Shown here piece after piece: positions 1-8,871 of a stretch of DNA of 64,000 nt (within the stretch, counting starts at the first letter, position 1; each line of letters starts with the position of its first letter). The position numbers and the translations under genes were made by a program. This DNA is from a virus: IMG/VR virus record IMGVR_UViG_3300045988_086138, one strand, 5' to 3'. A model generated the notes under the pieces. It was not told where the DNA came from and did not search any database. It saw only the letters and a list, made by a program, of their open reading frames with translations.

Positions 1-477
1 CTAAAACCACTAACATTCTCTCAAGAAAACAATATTAATCAAATCCCGTTTATGAGTAAAACTCTGGCAATGTATGATTACAGGAAACTCCCTGAAAAGA
101 AAAATCTTACTGTTGCAAAGATACATCGACTCTGGGTTAGAGATTTCAAAGATGAAAAGAAATGGCCAATCAAAACTGCCAAAATGAGTACTCTACCAGG
201 AGTGTATCGATTGGAGTATGATAAACCTCCCTTAACTCTTAGACCTGCAGATAGGCAATTCAGACCTGATGGTTATCCTTTGGGGATTGAGGATTTTAAG
301 GCAATCATGGGATTCCCGAAGAAATTCAAAATTTACCTTCACAAAACTCTGGGTACCTTTGAAGGTGATTTTAAGGATTACCATTACTGGCTTAACAAGG
401 CAAGGTACACAATTGCCAAAGGCTCGGTTTATGAGGTAGGATTATGGTTCAAGGATTGCCTAAAAAAGGTACCTTAA
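1..477 (+). CDS. Partial CDS open to the window edge; the C-terminal region loosely resembles the C-terminus of DNA (cytosine-5) methyltransferases
   Basis: Frame 1 has no stop from nt 1 to the TAA at 475-477, so the ATG at 52 may be internal. The tail 'PLGIEDFKAIMGFPKKFKIY...YTIAKGSVYEVGLWF' resembles the C5-MTase pattern (E-x-x-R-L-Q-G-F-P-D-x-F ... Q-I-G-N-A-V-P). By-eye match only. Confidence 0.3.
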   Translation, partial: LKPLTFSQENNINQIPFMSKTLAMYDYRKLPEKKNLTVAKIHRLWVRDFKDEKKWPIKTAKMSTLPGVYRLEYDKPPLTLRPADRQFRPDGYPLGIEDFKAIMGFPKKFKIYLHKTLGTFEGDFKDYHYWLNKARYTIAKGSVYEVGLWFKDCLKKVP

Positions 478-489
478 TCTCAACGTTTG

Positions 490-507
490 TATAAGCTTTA
501 GCTTATA
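490..507. repeat. Short AT-rich hairpin (TATAAGC / GCTTATA, 4-nt loop)
   Basis: Inverted repeat read directly from the sequence just after the upstream stop codon. Confidence 0.4.
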
Positions 508-520
508 TACGCATGAGCGT

Positions 521-555
521 AATAAGAGTATATACATAGTATATATACTCTTATT
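521..555 (+). terminator. Perfect 14-bp inverted repeat (AATAAGAGTATATA ... TATATACTCTTATT) followed by a T-rich tract; candidate intrinsic terminator or packaging/origin-associated structure
   Basis: Arms at 521-534 and 542-555 are exact reverse complements with a 7-nt loop, followed by TTATTTATAT. Confidence 0.45.
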
Positions 556-634
556 TATATGTACGATATGCTATATGACTGTATATTGTTATACTGTAAT
601 AGGAATATGATATTATCTCACTTCGTTCGATAAA

Positions 635-655
635 GGTAATCGCTTAGCGATTACC
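635..655. repeat. Perfect palindrome GGTAATCGC-TTA-GCGATTACC
   Basis: 9-bp stem and 3-nt loop in the 228-nt non-coding gap upstream of the morphogenesis operon. Confidence 0.5.
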
Positions 656-705
656 AAATAGATAGTATCCTTAGCGTGTACGAACTTTCCTAAAAATTTT
701 GAACC

Positions 706-1317
706 ATGAAGAATTTAAAGAATGCCTTGTTTATTGTACTTCTAGGATTTACTATTTACCTTTGCTTCAGGAATTACAAACTTTCTCGAGAAGTTAATTC
801 ACTGGAACAAGCGGTCAATGAAATCCCAGATACAGTTTACAAAGACAAACCATTCAAACCAGAGAAGAAGTACTCTGAAGGAAATGAACCAGATAGAATC
901 TTAGTTTACGACAATAGGCAGTCAACTCTCTTTCCTGATTCCATGCTAAGGCAGCCAGTTATCAGTAAACAAGATTCACTGGTTCAGATTGTATTGAAGA
1001 AGAATCAGTTGAACTTAAATCTACTCAATCAACAGACTGGAACTTATTCAACTAGACTGTTCAATATCAATCTGGATAAGTACAACTATAACTGGTATGA
1101 AGGTCAATTAACTCGAAAGAAAGTTGCAAGGTTATCACTTAACCCTTATGTTTACAGTAAGTATAGACCTTTCAATAATCTCTTCGATATAGGAGCTGGT
1201 CTTTCAATCAAGACTAAGAGATTTAATTACAAACTCGGAGTCAATGCCTTTTACTATCCGAAGATAAAATCGGGAATTGGTACTGACATCGAATTTCAAA
1301 TAACATATAATTTTTAA
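706..1317 (+). CDS. Membrane-anchored, beta-rich protein of unknown function (N-terminal TM/signal anchor; C-terminus ends in aromatic ...ITYNF)
   Basis: N-terminal hydrophobic stretch 'ALFIVLLGFTIYLCF'. The C-terminal half has alternating-hydrophobic beta-like segments and a terminal Phe, as in outer-membrane beta-barrel signatures. Confidence 0.4.
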   Translation: MKNLKNALFIVLLGFTIYLCFRNYKLSREVNSLEQAVNEIPDTVYKDKPFKPEKKYSEGNEPDRILVYDNRQSTLFPDSMLRQPVISKQDSLVQIVLKKNQLNLNLLNQQTGTYSTRLFNINLDKYNYNWYEGQLTRKKVARLSLNPYVYSKYRPFNNLFDIGAGLSIKTKRFNYKLGVNAFYYPKIKSGIGTDIEFQITYNF

Positions 1318-1319
1318 GT

Positions 1320-2822
1320 ATGGCAAAGACTATCTCAGAAACTAGAACTACTTTAACTCGGGAAGAGCTATCAAACTTATCCCGAGTTTCAGTAGATGTT
1401 TTTTATTTCAGTCTTTTCTGTAATGTGATACACCCAGTAAGGGGTAAGGTAAGATTCGAGTTATACCCATTTCAAAAGTCTGTTTTGTATAACTTTATTG
1501 CTCAACGATTCAATATCATTTTGAAATTTCGTCAAGCAGGTATTACAGAGTTGATTTCTATGTACTGCCTTTGGTTGGCAATGTATCATCCCAACAAGAA
1601 GATAAACATTATCTCAATCAAAGATACAACGGCAAAGAAGGTTCTTAAAAAGATTAAGTTCATGTATAAGAATCTTCCATGGTACCTTCAAACTCCCATA
1701 ATAAACGGTAGAGCTGGTGAATACGGTTCTGCATCAATGATAGAATTTGATAATGGGTCTTTCATAGAATCAATTCCGACATCGTCTGAAGCCGGTCGTT
1801 CGGAATCCCTTTCCCTTTTGGTAATTGACGAGGCAGCAGTAGTTAGATGGGCAGCTCAAATTTGGGCAGCTGCTTTTCCTACTCTTTCCACTGGTGGAGC
1901 TGCCATCGTTAATTCCACTCCTTATGGAGTTGGTAACTTCTATCACTCAACCTGGGTAGATGCAATCGCTGGAGGTAACCCCTTCAATCCAATTCGATTA
2001 TACTGGCAGATGCACCCAGAACGAGATATTAATTGGTATAACCAAATGTCATCTGCTCTGGGTACAAAACGAACAGCACAAGAAATAGATTGTGACTTCT
2101 TATCATCTGGAAATACAGTCTTCGATTTAGCTGATATTAAGGCTATCGAAGACTGCCTTAGTGATTATCCGGTTATTAAGAAAAGGTTTAATGGTCAATA
2201 CAGACAATTCTGTGAACCAGAACCAGACAAGGAATATTTCATTGGTGCTGACGTTGCAACTGGTAGGTCTTCTGACTACTCATCATTTACAGTTATGGAT
2301 AAGCCAGGAGAAGAACAAGCAGTATATAAGGGAAGAATGGCAGTAGGTGCTTATGCTAAATTACTTGGTGATACCGGTATGTTATTTAACCAAGCAACCA
2401 TTGCTCCGGAATCAAATGATGTTGGTTTAGCAGTAACATCTAAACTTCAAGATGAAGGTTATCCCAAACTATACTACTACCAAAAAATGCTCAAGAAAAA
2501 AGGTAAGAGTAGACCTGAAATGGATAAATCTCCAGGTTGGTTAACCACACAAAAGAATCGTTCAGTGATAATAGAAAATTTGGAAGAGGATATCAGAAAT
2601 GATGAAGTAATCATCAAGGACCCATTCTTTGTTCAAGAAGCTTATACTTTCATCTATGATGGTTTAGGTAGACCTGTTGCAATGGGTAAACATAGGGCTA
2701 ATAATTCTACCGTAGATGTAGACCTTGAAGGAGACGTATATGCAGACGATGATATCTTTGGAAAAGCAATATGTAATCACATAAGGAAAGGAAAAACTAA
2801 CGTAATCGTACAACCAAGATGA
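1320..2822 (+). CDS. terL: Terminase large subunit
   Basis: ATPase Walker B 'LLVIDEAA'; Walker A-like 'KFRQAGIT'; nuclease-domain acidic motifs 'FIGADVATG', 'DYSSFTVMD', 'IAPESNDVG'. 500 aa, immediately upstream of the portal with an ATGA overlap. Confidence 0.9.
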   Translation: MAKTISETRTTLTREELSNLSRVSVDVFYFSLFCNVIHPVRGKVRFELYPFQKSVLYNFIAQRFNIILKFRQAGITELISMYCLWLAMYHPNKKINIISIKDTTAKKVLKKIKFMYKNLPWYLQTPIINGRAGEYGSASMIEFDNGSFIESIPTSSEAGRSESLSLLVIDEAAVVRWAAQIWAAAFPTLSTGGAAIVNSTPYGVGNFYHSTWVDAIAGGNPFNPIRLYWQMHPERDINWYNQMSSALGTKRTAQEIDCDFLSSGNTVFDLADIKAIEDCLSDYPVIKKRFNGQYRQFCEPEPDKEYFIGADVATGRSSDYSSFTVMDKPGEEQAVYKGRMAVGAYAKLLGDTGMLFNQATIAPESNDVGLAVTSKLQDEGYPKLYYYQKMLKKKGKSRPEMDKSPGWLTTQKNRSVIIENLEEDIRNDEVIIKDPFFVQEAYTFIYDGLGRPVAMGKHRANNSTVDVDLEGDVYADDDIFGKAICNHIRKGKTNVIVQPR

Positions 2823-4309
2823 AAAAGTACTTCAATTTTAATTGGGGTTGGGGCCGTAAGAAGGACCCACCTCAGAGTAGTACATCCTCTAATAAAGAGG
2901 AAAAGCCTGCTACACCAATCTCACCTGGTAGGGTTTCAGTTGACGATGATAGCGATAACTTAATTACATCATTAAAAGGGTTAACTAAATTAGTTGAACC
3001 CTCTTTTCGTGTTGATGTAATCCCATTAATCCGAGATTTATATAAAGTAAATCCCGATATGGGCATTGCATTACAGGATATGTTTAAGTTAGCTAACACC
3101 TGTCATACAGTAACTTTCCCAAATAATACAGATGCCGAAGCTGCTAAGATGAGGGACCATCTTAAAACAGCAACCAAGAAATGGACCAGATATACTGCCG
3201 GTATAGATGGCCTGGTTAACAAGATGATTGTTCAACTTCTGGTAAGTGGAGCAATATCCGTAGAGGGAGTTCCCAATGATAAGCTTGATGGTTTAGCTAC
3301 TGTATTATTCCTTAAGCCTGAGTATATCAAGTTTAAAAGAGAATTAAATGGGGTGTATTCTCCTTACCAAAAGAACAATAATTTCTGGATGAAGCAAGGA
3401 GATTACATTAAGCTTAACCCAGAAACTTATTTCTATGTTGGTATGTTTAATGATACTGATGAACCTTATGGAGTTCCTCCCTTTATGCCTGCTTTGGATT
3501 CTCTCAAGGGCCAGAATGATATGAAGGTTAACTTCAAACATATCATGGAGATTTGTGGTATGGTTGGTTTTCTTGAAGCTAAGATGCAAAAATCTCCTCA
3601 GAGATCTAACGAAAATATCAAGGCTTATGAATCAAGGCTATACCGAGAACTAGACCTTCTTAAACGTAATGTTAAGGATGGTATGAAGGATGGAGTTGTA
3701 ACTGGTTACATTGATGACCACGAGTTTAAACTCAATTCTACCACTAAAGAACTCGATAATATTGAAAAACCCTGGAATATGAATCAACAATCGGTAGCCA
3801 ATGGCTTGGGTGTTAATGGTTCTATTATTGGGGTATCTGCTACTACTGGTGAAGGTGCAACGGGTATAATGCTGTCTAAGATGATTAGCCAGTTAAAAAA
3901 TATCCAAATGCTTGTAGCTTATGTATTGGACCGACTTTATTCTCTAGAACTGCGTCTGGCAGGCTTTAATAATAAGGGAATGAAGATTGATTGGGGAACT
4001 TCTACAGTTTCTGATGAAGTTAAAATCCAACAAGGTCTTCAGTATAAGATACAGAACCTTGACTTATTGTACAAGGCTGGTATCATTAGCCAAGAGCAGT
4101 ATGCTTGGGCAATGGGTTACGATTCACCAGATGAGGATGAACCAAGAGTTTCACTTGAGGACCAATTTGCTAAAGGTGGTAATACAGATCCTCAGGAGGG
4201 TACTAAGAAGAAGCAAAGGCAGAATGATAAAAACCAATCTGCCCGTAGGTCAAGAGATAAAGCAAATCCGTCTCCTTCTAGAGGGGACCAAAATACTAAA
4301 GCAAGATGA
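2819..4309 (+). CDS. Portal protein
   Basis: 496 aa, translationally coupled between TerL and the protease/scaffold. Basic/acidic disordered C-terminal tail. Assigned from position and size. Confidence 0.7.
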   Translation: MKKYFNFNWGWGRKKDPPQSSTSSNKEEKPATPISPGRVSVDDDSDNLITSLKGLTKLVEPSFRVDVIPLIRDLYKVNPDMGIALQDMFKLANTCHTVTFPNNTDAEAAKMRDHLKTATKKWTRYTAGIDGLVNKMIVQLLVSGAISVEGVPNDKLDGLATVLFLKPEYIKFKRELNGVYSPYQKNNNFWMKQGDYIKLNPETYFYVGMFNDTDEPYGVPPFMPALDSLKGQNDMKVNFKHIMEICGMVGFLEAKMQKSPQRSNENIKAYESRLYRELDLLKRNVKDGMKDGVVTGYIDDHEFKLNSTTKELDNIEKPWNMNQQSVANGLGVNGSIIGVSATTGEGATGIMLSKMISQLKNIQMLVAYVLDRLYSLELRLAGFNNKGMKIDWGTSTVSDEVKIQQGLQYKIQNLDLLYKAGIISQEQYAWAMGYDSPDEDEPRVSLEDQFAKGGNTDPQEGTKKKQRQNDKNQSARRSRDKANPSPSRGDQNTKAR

Positions 4310-5814
4310 GTAAATTTACAAGGAAAAACAAAGAGCATCTTGATTCTATGGTGATAGGTCAAGGCCATACCATCATGGCTGGGTATATCCCAGAAGCGGT
4401 AGGAGCCCAGACTTTTTCAGAGAATTATTATAAATGGAAGAATCCCACACCGGACACCATTGCTCAATTCGGATTTTGGGGAGGAGATATAGATTATAAT
4501 ACCTATTATCCTAACTTGGATAAATCCGAGTTAACTCCCAAAGATGAGGAATTTATAGAACCAATGTTTAGATTACTTTCGGAAACGATTGTGTCTAAGA
4601 ATTGGAATCCTACAGATTTCGGTCATAATGGAGTACTCAAGGCTTCTATGAAAATGTTACTTGGGCAAACCGTAAATTGCGACCATGAAACAAACATTGG
4701 TAATGCTATCGGAGCTGTATCACAAGTAATGTGGCAAGATGCCTATAAGGATGGAAGCTTCACTATACCTGCAGGTATCAATGGTATTCTGAAGATTGAT
4801 GGTAAAGCTAACCCAAGAATTGCTAGAGGCATTCTTATGGAACCTCCTTCAATTCACAGTAACTCAGTTACCGTACAATTCAAATGGGATAAATCACATC
4901 CCGGAATGGAGGATGGGGAATTTTATCAAAAACTGGGTACGTATGATTCCAAGGGTGAGATGGTACGAAGAGTTGTTACTGAAGTAGTTCGTTATATGGA
5001 AACATCTTTGGTATCTCATGGTGCTGATTCATTTGCTCAAAAGATTGGTTCTGATGGTAAAATTATCAATCCTACTTTTGCCAAAAGGACCTGGTCATCC
5101 TATGAGGAATATAGAGATGATAAATCGAAGCAATACTTCTTTACTGATTATAAATCTGACTTATCATCATTTCAAGAAAAGGACGATACTCAGGATTCTT
5201 TTAATGATAATGATGCCAAGGATAATCATTCAAACGAAAATAATATGAACGAATTAGAAAAATTTCTAGCTAGCCTTTTCGGGGATAATCTGCTTACCCT
5301 GGAAGAAGGAAAAGAAATGAATCAGGAAAGTGTCATTTCCTGTATTCAAAATTTGGTATCATCCAAAAATGCTTTGCAAACTTCAGTTGATAACCTTACT
5401 ACAGAGAAAAATTCTCTTACGGAACAGGTTACTAACTTGAATGCAGAAGTAGCTAATCTGAAAGAAATGGCAACAGTAGGAAAGAATCATATTGCTTCTC
5501 TCCGTGAAAATGCCACAGAAACCTACAAAAAGCTGATGGGTGAAAATGCAGATGAGACAATCGTTACAATGCTCAATGCAGAAACAACCGGTATTACTAC
5601 TCTTATTTCCTTGACAAAGGATTACCAAGCTCGCTTGGAAGAGAAGTTCCCTCTCACTTGTTCTAAATGTGGTTCCAAGGATGTTAATCGTGCATCTTCT
5701 GTTCAAGAAAACGATACAGAAGGTAAGAGTGGAACCCAGGACACTACTCAGAACCAAGAACCTTCTTCAACAAACAATGTACTCGAAAGCTTGTACAAGA
5801 AGAAAATCAAATAA
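4306..5814 (+). CDS. Prohead serine protease (S78/HK97-like) fused to a coiled-coil scaffolding-like C-terminal domain
   Basis: 'GQTVNCDHETNIGNAIGAV...GINGILKIDGKANPRIARGIL...SIHSNSVTVQF' fits the S78 pattern (v-x-x-x-H ... iG ... S-v-g-f). The C-terminal roughly 180 aa is heptad-rich ('NLTTEKNSLTEQVTNLNAEVANLKE'). Confidence 0.5.
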   Translation: MSKFTRKNKEHLDSMVIGQGHTIMAGYIPEAVGAQTFSENYYKWKNPTPDTIAQFGFWGGDIDYNTYYPNLDKSELTPKDEEFIEPMFRLLSETIVSKNWNPTDFGHNGVLKASMKMLLGQTVNCDHETNIGNAIGAVSQVMWQDAYKDGSFTIPAGINGILKIDGKANPRIARGILMEPPSIHSNSVTVQFKWDKSHPGMEDGEFYQKLGTYDSKGEMVRRVVTEVVRYMETSLVSHGADSFAQKIGSDGKIINPTFAKRTWSSYEEYRDDKSKQYFFTDYKSDLSSFQEKDDTQDSFNDNDAKDNHSNENNMNELEKFLASLFGDNLLTLEEGKEMNQESVISCIQNLVSSKNALQTSVDNLTTEKNSLTEQVTNLNAEVANLKEMATVGKNHIASLRENATETYKKLMGENADETIVTMLNAETTGITTLISLTKDYQARLEEKFPLTCSKCGSKDVNRASSVQENDTEGKSGTQDTTQNQEPSSTNNVLESLYKKKIK

Positions 5815-5838
5815 GTTATCATTATAAAGATCCTCATT

Positions 5839-6318
5839 ATGGAAACAACAAAAATCGTAAACAATCCTCAGCAAATGACTCTCTTTGGGGAAAGAACTCC
5901 AAGAGCGGTGATTTACAAGAGTGAATCACACAAATTGCATCAGGCTTTTAATGTAAAAGCAGGTGTAAAGATTGTACAGGGCATGCCAGTTGCTTTGGGT
6001 ACCGACGGTTTAATTGAACCGTTTATCCCTGGTGGTGCTGGTAGCCAAGTATATCTGGGTATAGCAGTAACGGATAACATCAATCCGGCGTACCAACCTC
6101 AACGTAATTTTCCTGTAGAAGTAACTGTAGCAGTTCAAGGTTATATGATTTTGAACTGGGTTGCAAAAGAAGCTCTTGATTGCGGTTATATTAACCCGAC
6201 CGAAAACCTTTTGCATGACCGTTTCGTTATTGCAGAGGCTTCTACAGACGAATCTCAGTTCATTGCCATCACTCCTGCAGATGAGGCAAACGATGTGATT
6301 CAAGTACTCATTCGTTAA
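5839..6318 (+). CDS. Head decoration-like protein (DUF2190-like), immediately upstream of the major capsid protein
   Basis: 159 aa, Gly/Val-rich beta pattern 'AGVKIVQGMPVALGTDGLIEP...GIAV'. Position and capsid-type codon usage (CGT/CCG) support the call. Confidence 0.4.
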   Translation: METTKIVNNPQQMTLFGERTPRAVIYKSESHKLHQAFNVKAGVKIVQGMPVALGTDGLIEPFIPGGAGSQVYLGIAVTDNINPAYQPQRNFPVEVTVAVQGYMILNWVAKEALDCGYINPTENLLHDRFVIAEASTDESQFIAITPADEANDVIQVLIR

Positions 6319-6332
6319 ACCAAAGAAAAATT

Positions 6333-7451
6333 ATGGGACAAATTGATATTACAAAATTGAAAGCTCAGGACTTTATGAAAGAGCTTCCGGAAATGGTAAG
6401 AAGCTTGGAAGCTGTACGTTCCGGTTCACAGGATAAGAAGCCTGTAGAAATAACATTGGAAGAATTAATCACAGGTAAGTGGGGAATTACTCAAGATGAA
6501 CTGTTTGAAAAGGTTGGTATTAATCCGAAAGTTGATACCATGCAGAATATCTTCACTATGCCTCAGCAAGACGTTCGTTGGATTGTTCCGGAAATTATCC
6601 GTGCTGCTATCACTTTGGGTATGCGCCAGGCTCCGTTCTATCCGAACATCATTGCATCTGACCAATCTATCAACGGTTTGCAAGCAATCATGCCGATGGT
6701 TAACATGTCTGATGCAGCTCCTGCAAAGATTAACGAAGCAGAAACTATTCCGTTGGGAGATGTTAGCTTCGGACAAAAATCAGTTAGCCTCTTCAAAATC
6801 GGAAAAGGTTTCAAACTTACTGATGAAGTTCGTAACTACGTTTCACTCGATGTCTTGGGAATCTACCTTCGTGATTTTGGTGTTCAGTTGGGTTATGCTC
6901 TTGATACTCTGGCTATGGACGTGGCTATCAATGGTAACAACCCTGATGGCTCTGAGTCTGCACCGGTAATTGGTGTATACGGAACAGCCAACGGTATCAC
7001 TTATAAAGACCTTTTGCATATTTGGGTACGTGCTGCTCGTATGGGCCGTAACTTCCAAACTATGATTGGTGGTGAAGACCAGGCAATCGAAATGCTGAAT
7101 TTACCGGAATTCAAAGACCGTCACTCGGGTACTACTGAAGCTACACTGAATGTGAAGTCTCCTGTACCTAAGAATGCTGACTTCTACATCCATCCGGGTA
7201 CACCTGACCAACAGTTGCTGTTGATTGATACATCGGCTGCCTTGATTAAACTTACTGCTCGTCAGTTAATGTTGGAATCAGAGAGAATCGTTTCCAACCA
7301 AACTCAGGCAATCTATGCAAGTTTGACTACTGGCTTCTCTAAGATGTATCAAGATGCTACTCTGTTGTTGGCTGCAGATAAGAAGTTCTCAGAATTCGGA
7401 TTCCCCGAATTTATGAACGTAGATCCTTATCTGATGGTTAACCTCGAATAA
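6333..7451 (+). CDS. Major capsid protein (HK97-fold type)
   Basis: 372 aa, downstream of portal, protease and decoration genes. Distinct high-expression codon usage (CGT, CCG, CTG) and a strong terminator hairpin directly after it. Confidence 0.7.
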   Translation: MGQIDITKLKAQDFMKELPEMVRSLEAVRSGSQDKKPVEITLEELITGKWGITQDELFEKVGINPKVDTMQNIFTMPQQDVRWIVPEIIRAAITLGMRQAPFYPNIIASDQSINGLQAIMPMVNMSDAAPAKINEAETIPLGDVSFGQKSVSLFKIGKGFKLTDEVRNYVSLDVLGIYLRDFGVQLGYALDTLAMDVAINGNNPDGSESAPVIGVYGTANGITYKDLLHIWVRAARMGRNFQTMIGGEDQAIEMLNLPEFKDRHSGTTEATLNVKSPVPKNADFYIHPGTPDQQLLLIDTSAALIKLTARQLMLESERIVSNQTQAIYASLTTGFSKMYQDATLLLAADKKFSEFGFPEFMNVDPYLMVNLE

Positions 7452-7483
7452 GGTAGTCCCGGTTTCATCTATATAAATTCCCA

Positions 7484-7520
7484 GGGAGGGTAGGTAATTT
7501 AAAAACCTATCCTCTCTTTA
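7484..7520 (+). terminator. Intrinsic terminator/attenuator after the capsid gene
   Basis: Stem GGAGGGTAGG (7485-7494) / CCTATCCTCTC (7506-7516) with G-U pairs and an A-rich loop, followed by TTTAATCATTTTT. Confidence 0.6.
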
Positions 7521-7543
7521 ATCATTTTTAAATCTTAGGAAAT

Positions 7544-7945
7544 ATGGCTAAAGAAAAATATATCGTAACTGTGGGACCAAGAGCTTACAGTTTTCATGAC
7601 CAATCAACGGGTATTACCGTTTGTAAAGGGGAGGATAAGGAACTCTCTCGTCGTCAATATCGTACACAGAAAATCCAAAAAGCAATTGCTGCCGGTCATT
7701 TGATTATCGTTGCAGATAAATCGGATATCGAAAAATATTCCGAATCTGACATCGAAAAGTTGGACAAGAGATTGAATGCTCAGTTTAAGAAGGGCATGAC
7801 CTTGGAAAAACTTTCTAAGGGTTACTCTCTTGAAGAACTGAAGTTGGTGGCAAACTTACACGAAATCGTTGCAGAGAAAAACGACACGGTAGAAACTCTT
7901 CTTCAGGCTTTGCTGGAAGAATTTGAATCCTCTTCTAAAGGGTAG
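7544..7945 (+). CDS. Hypothetical protein (head-associated by position)
   Basis: 133-aa ORF with capsid-like codon usage. No motif recognised. Confidence 0.5.
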   Translation: MAKEKYIVTVGPRAYSFHDQSTGITVCKGEDKELSRRQYRTQKIQKAIAAGHLIIVADKSDIEKYSESDIEKLDKRLNAQFKKGMTLEKLSKGYSLEELKLVANLHEIVAEKNDTVETLLQALLEEFESSSKG

Positions 7946-7974
7946 TCTATGAAAATTACATAAGACAGACTAAT

Positions 7975-8871
7975 ATGAAAGATAATCTAGACTTTTTGTA
8001 CGTTACGTCAGGTCTGGAAGTTTCATTCAGAGTCATATCCAAAGTCCCGGCCAAATCTATTTTTGACTGGGACTTTGGCGATGATAAGGGAGAGGTTTTC
8101 AATGGTGGAAGACATGTTTCCTATTCTTATGAAACTCCCGGTTTCTATACCGTCACCTTACACGTAACTAACTCTGATGGTTTAGACCTCACCGTAGATA
8201 GGACTCTGGTAGTTTGTGATTATGGGCATACGGCATTAGCCGATTCAATATATAACTTAATCGATTACTATATCCCATCAGAAATATCAGATGGGATGAC
8301 CAGGGATGAGAAATCTATCTATATCACTAAGTGGCAATATTATATTGGACCTCTAGTAAACCATACAATTGCTCCCGATAAGTATACGGATGAATTATGG
8401 TATGAAGCACTAGAAAACCAATTAATTATGGAATTGGCAGCATGGGATTTTCTTAATGTGAAGATACTTAATCTTTTAACAAGTACTTCTGAATATTTAA
8501 GTCAACTCACTTCTACCAAAGAGCAAACTGGTGATGGTACTTCTAAACCCGAACTTGCCCGAGGTGATAGAATCAAACAAATCACTACAGGGCCTACTGA
8601 AGTTCAGTATTATGACACCTTAGCAGAATCTGCAAGTTCATTATGGAAAACTCTTTCCCAAGCAATGCAACCTGGTGGATTAATCGATGAGTTGAGAAAA
8701 AACCTTTGTATGTTAGCTTCACGATTGGAAATCTATCTACCATTCTGTGATGAAGTAGTTCGGAATATAGTTCCCAGAGTAGTTAACAAAAGACAACCTG
8801 GGGTATTAGATGGACCTAATCCAAGCTCTCCTGTAAAAGGCGGAAATAAATCAATCCTACATAAGCTATGA
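7975..8871 (+). CDS. PKD-domain-containing virion protein
   Basis: N-terminal 'FDWDFGDDKGEVFNGGRHVSYSYETPGFYTVTLHVTNSDG' matches the PKD signature (WDFGDG...H-x-Y...G-x-Y-x-V-x-L-x-V-x-N). Confidence 0.7.
   Translation: MKDNLDFLYVTSGLEVSFRVISKVPAKSIFDWDFGDDKGEVFNGGRHVSYSYETPGFYTVTLHVTNSDGLDLTVDRTLVVCDYGHTALADSIYNLIDYYIPSEISDGMTRDEKSIYITKWQYYIGPLVNHTIAPDKYTDELWYEALENQLIMELAAWDFLNVKILNLLTSTSEYLSQLTSTKEQTGDGTSKPELARGDRIKQITTGPTEVQYYDTLAESASSLWKTLSQAMQPGGLIDELRKNLCMLASRLEIYLPFCDEVVRNIVPRVVNKRQPGVLDGPNPSSPVKGGNKSILHKL

Noticed and set aside
560-700. tRNA-like T-loop string (GTTCGATAA near 625) in the long leader, and GTTCACT near 63672
   Set aside because: Flanking bases do not form a T-stem, acceptor stem or anticodon arm. 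No cloverleaf could be drawn by hand. A tRNA scan should still be run to confirm that no tRNA lies in the window.
6496-6969. 157-aa alternative-frame ORF inside the capsid gene, plus similar internal ORFs (e.g. 39895..40527 inside the primase, 3987..4313, 2161..2346, and the many short minus-strand ORFs in the track)
   Set aside because: They lie nested in well-supported genes, have Leu/Ser/Cys-rich low-plausibility composition and have no independent signals. They are typical chance ORFs of an AT-rich genome.
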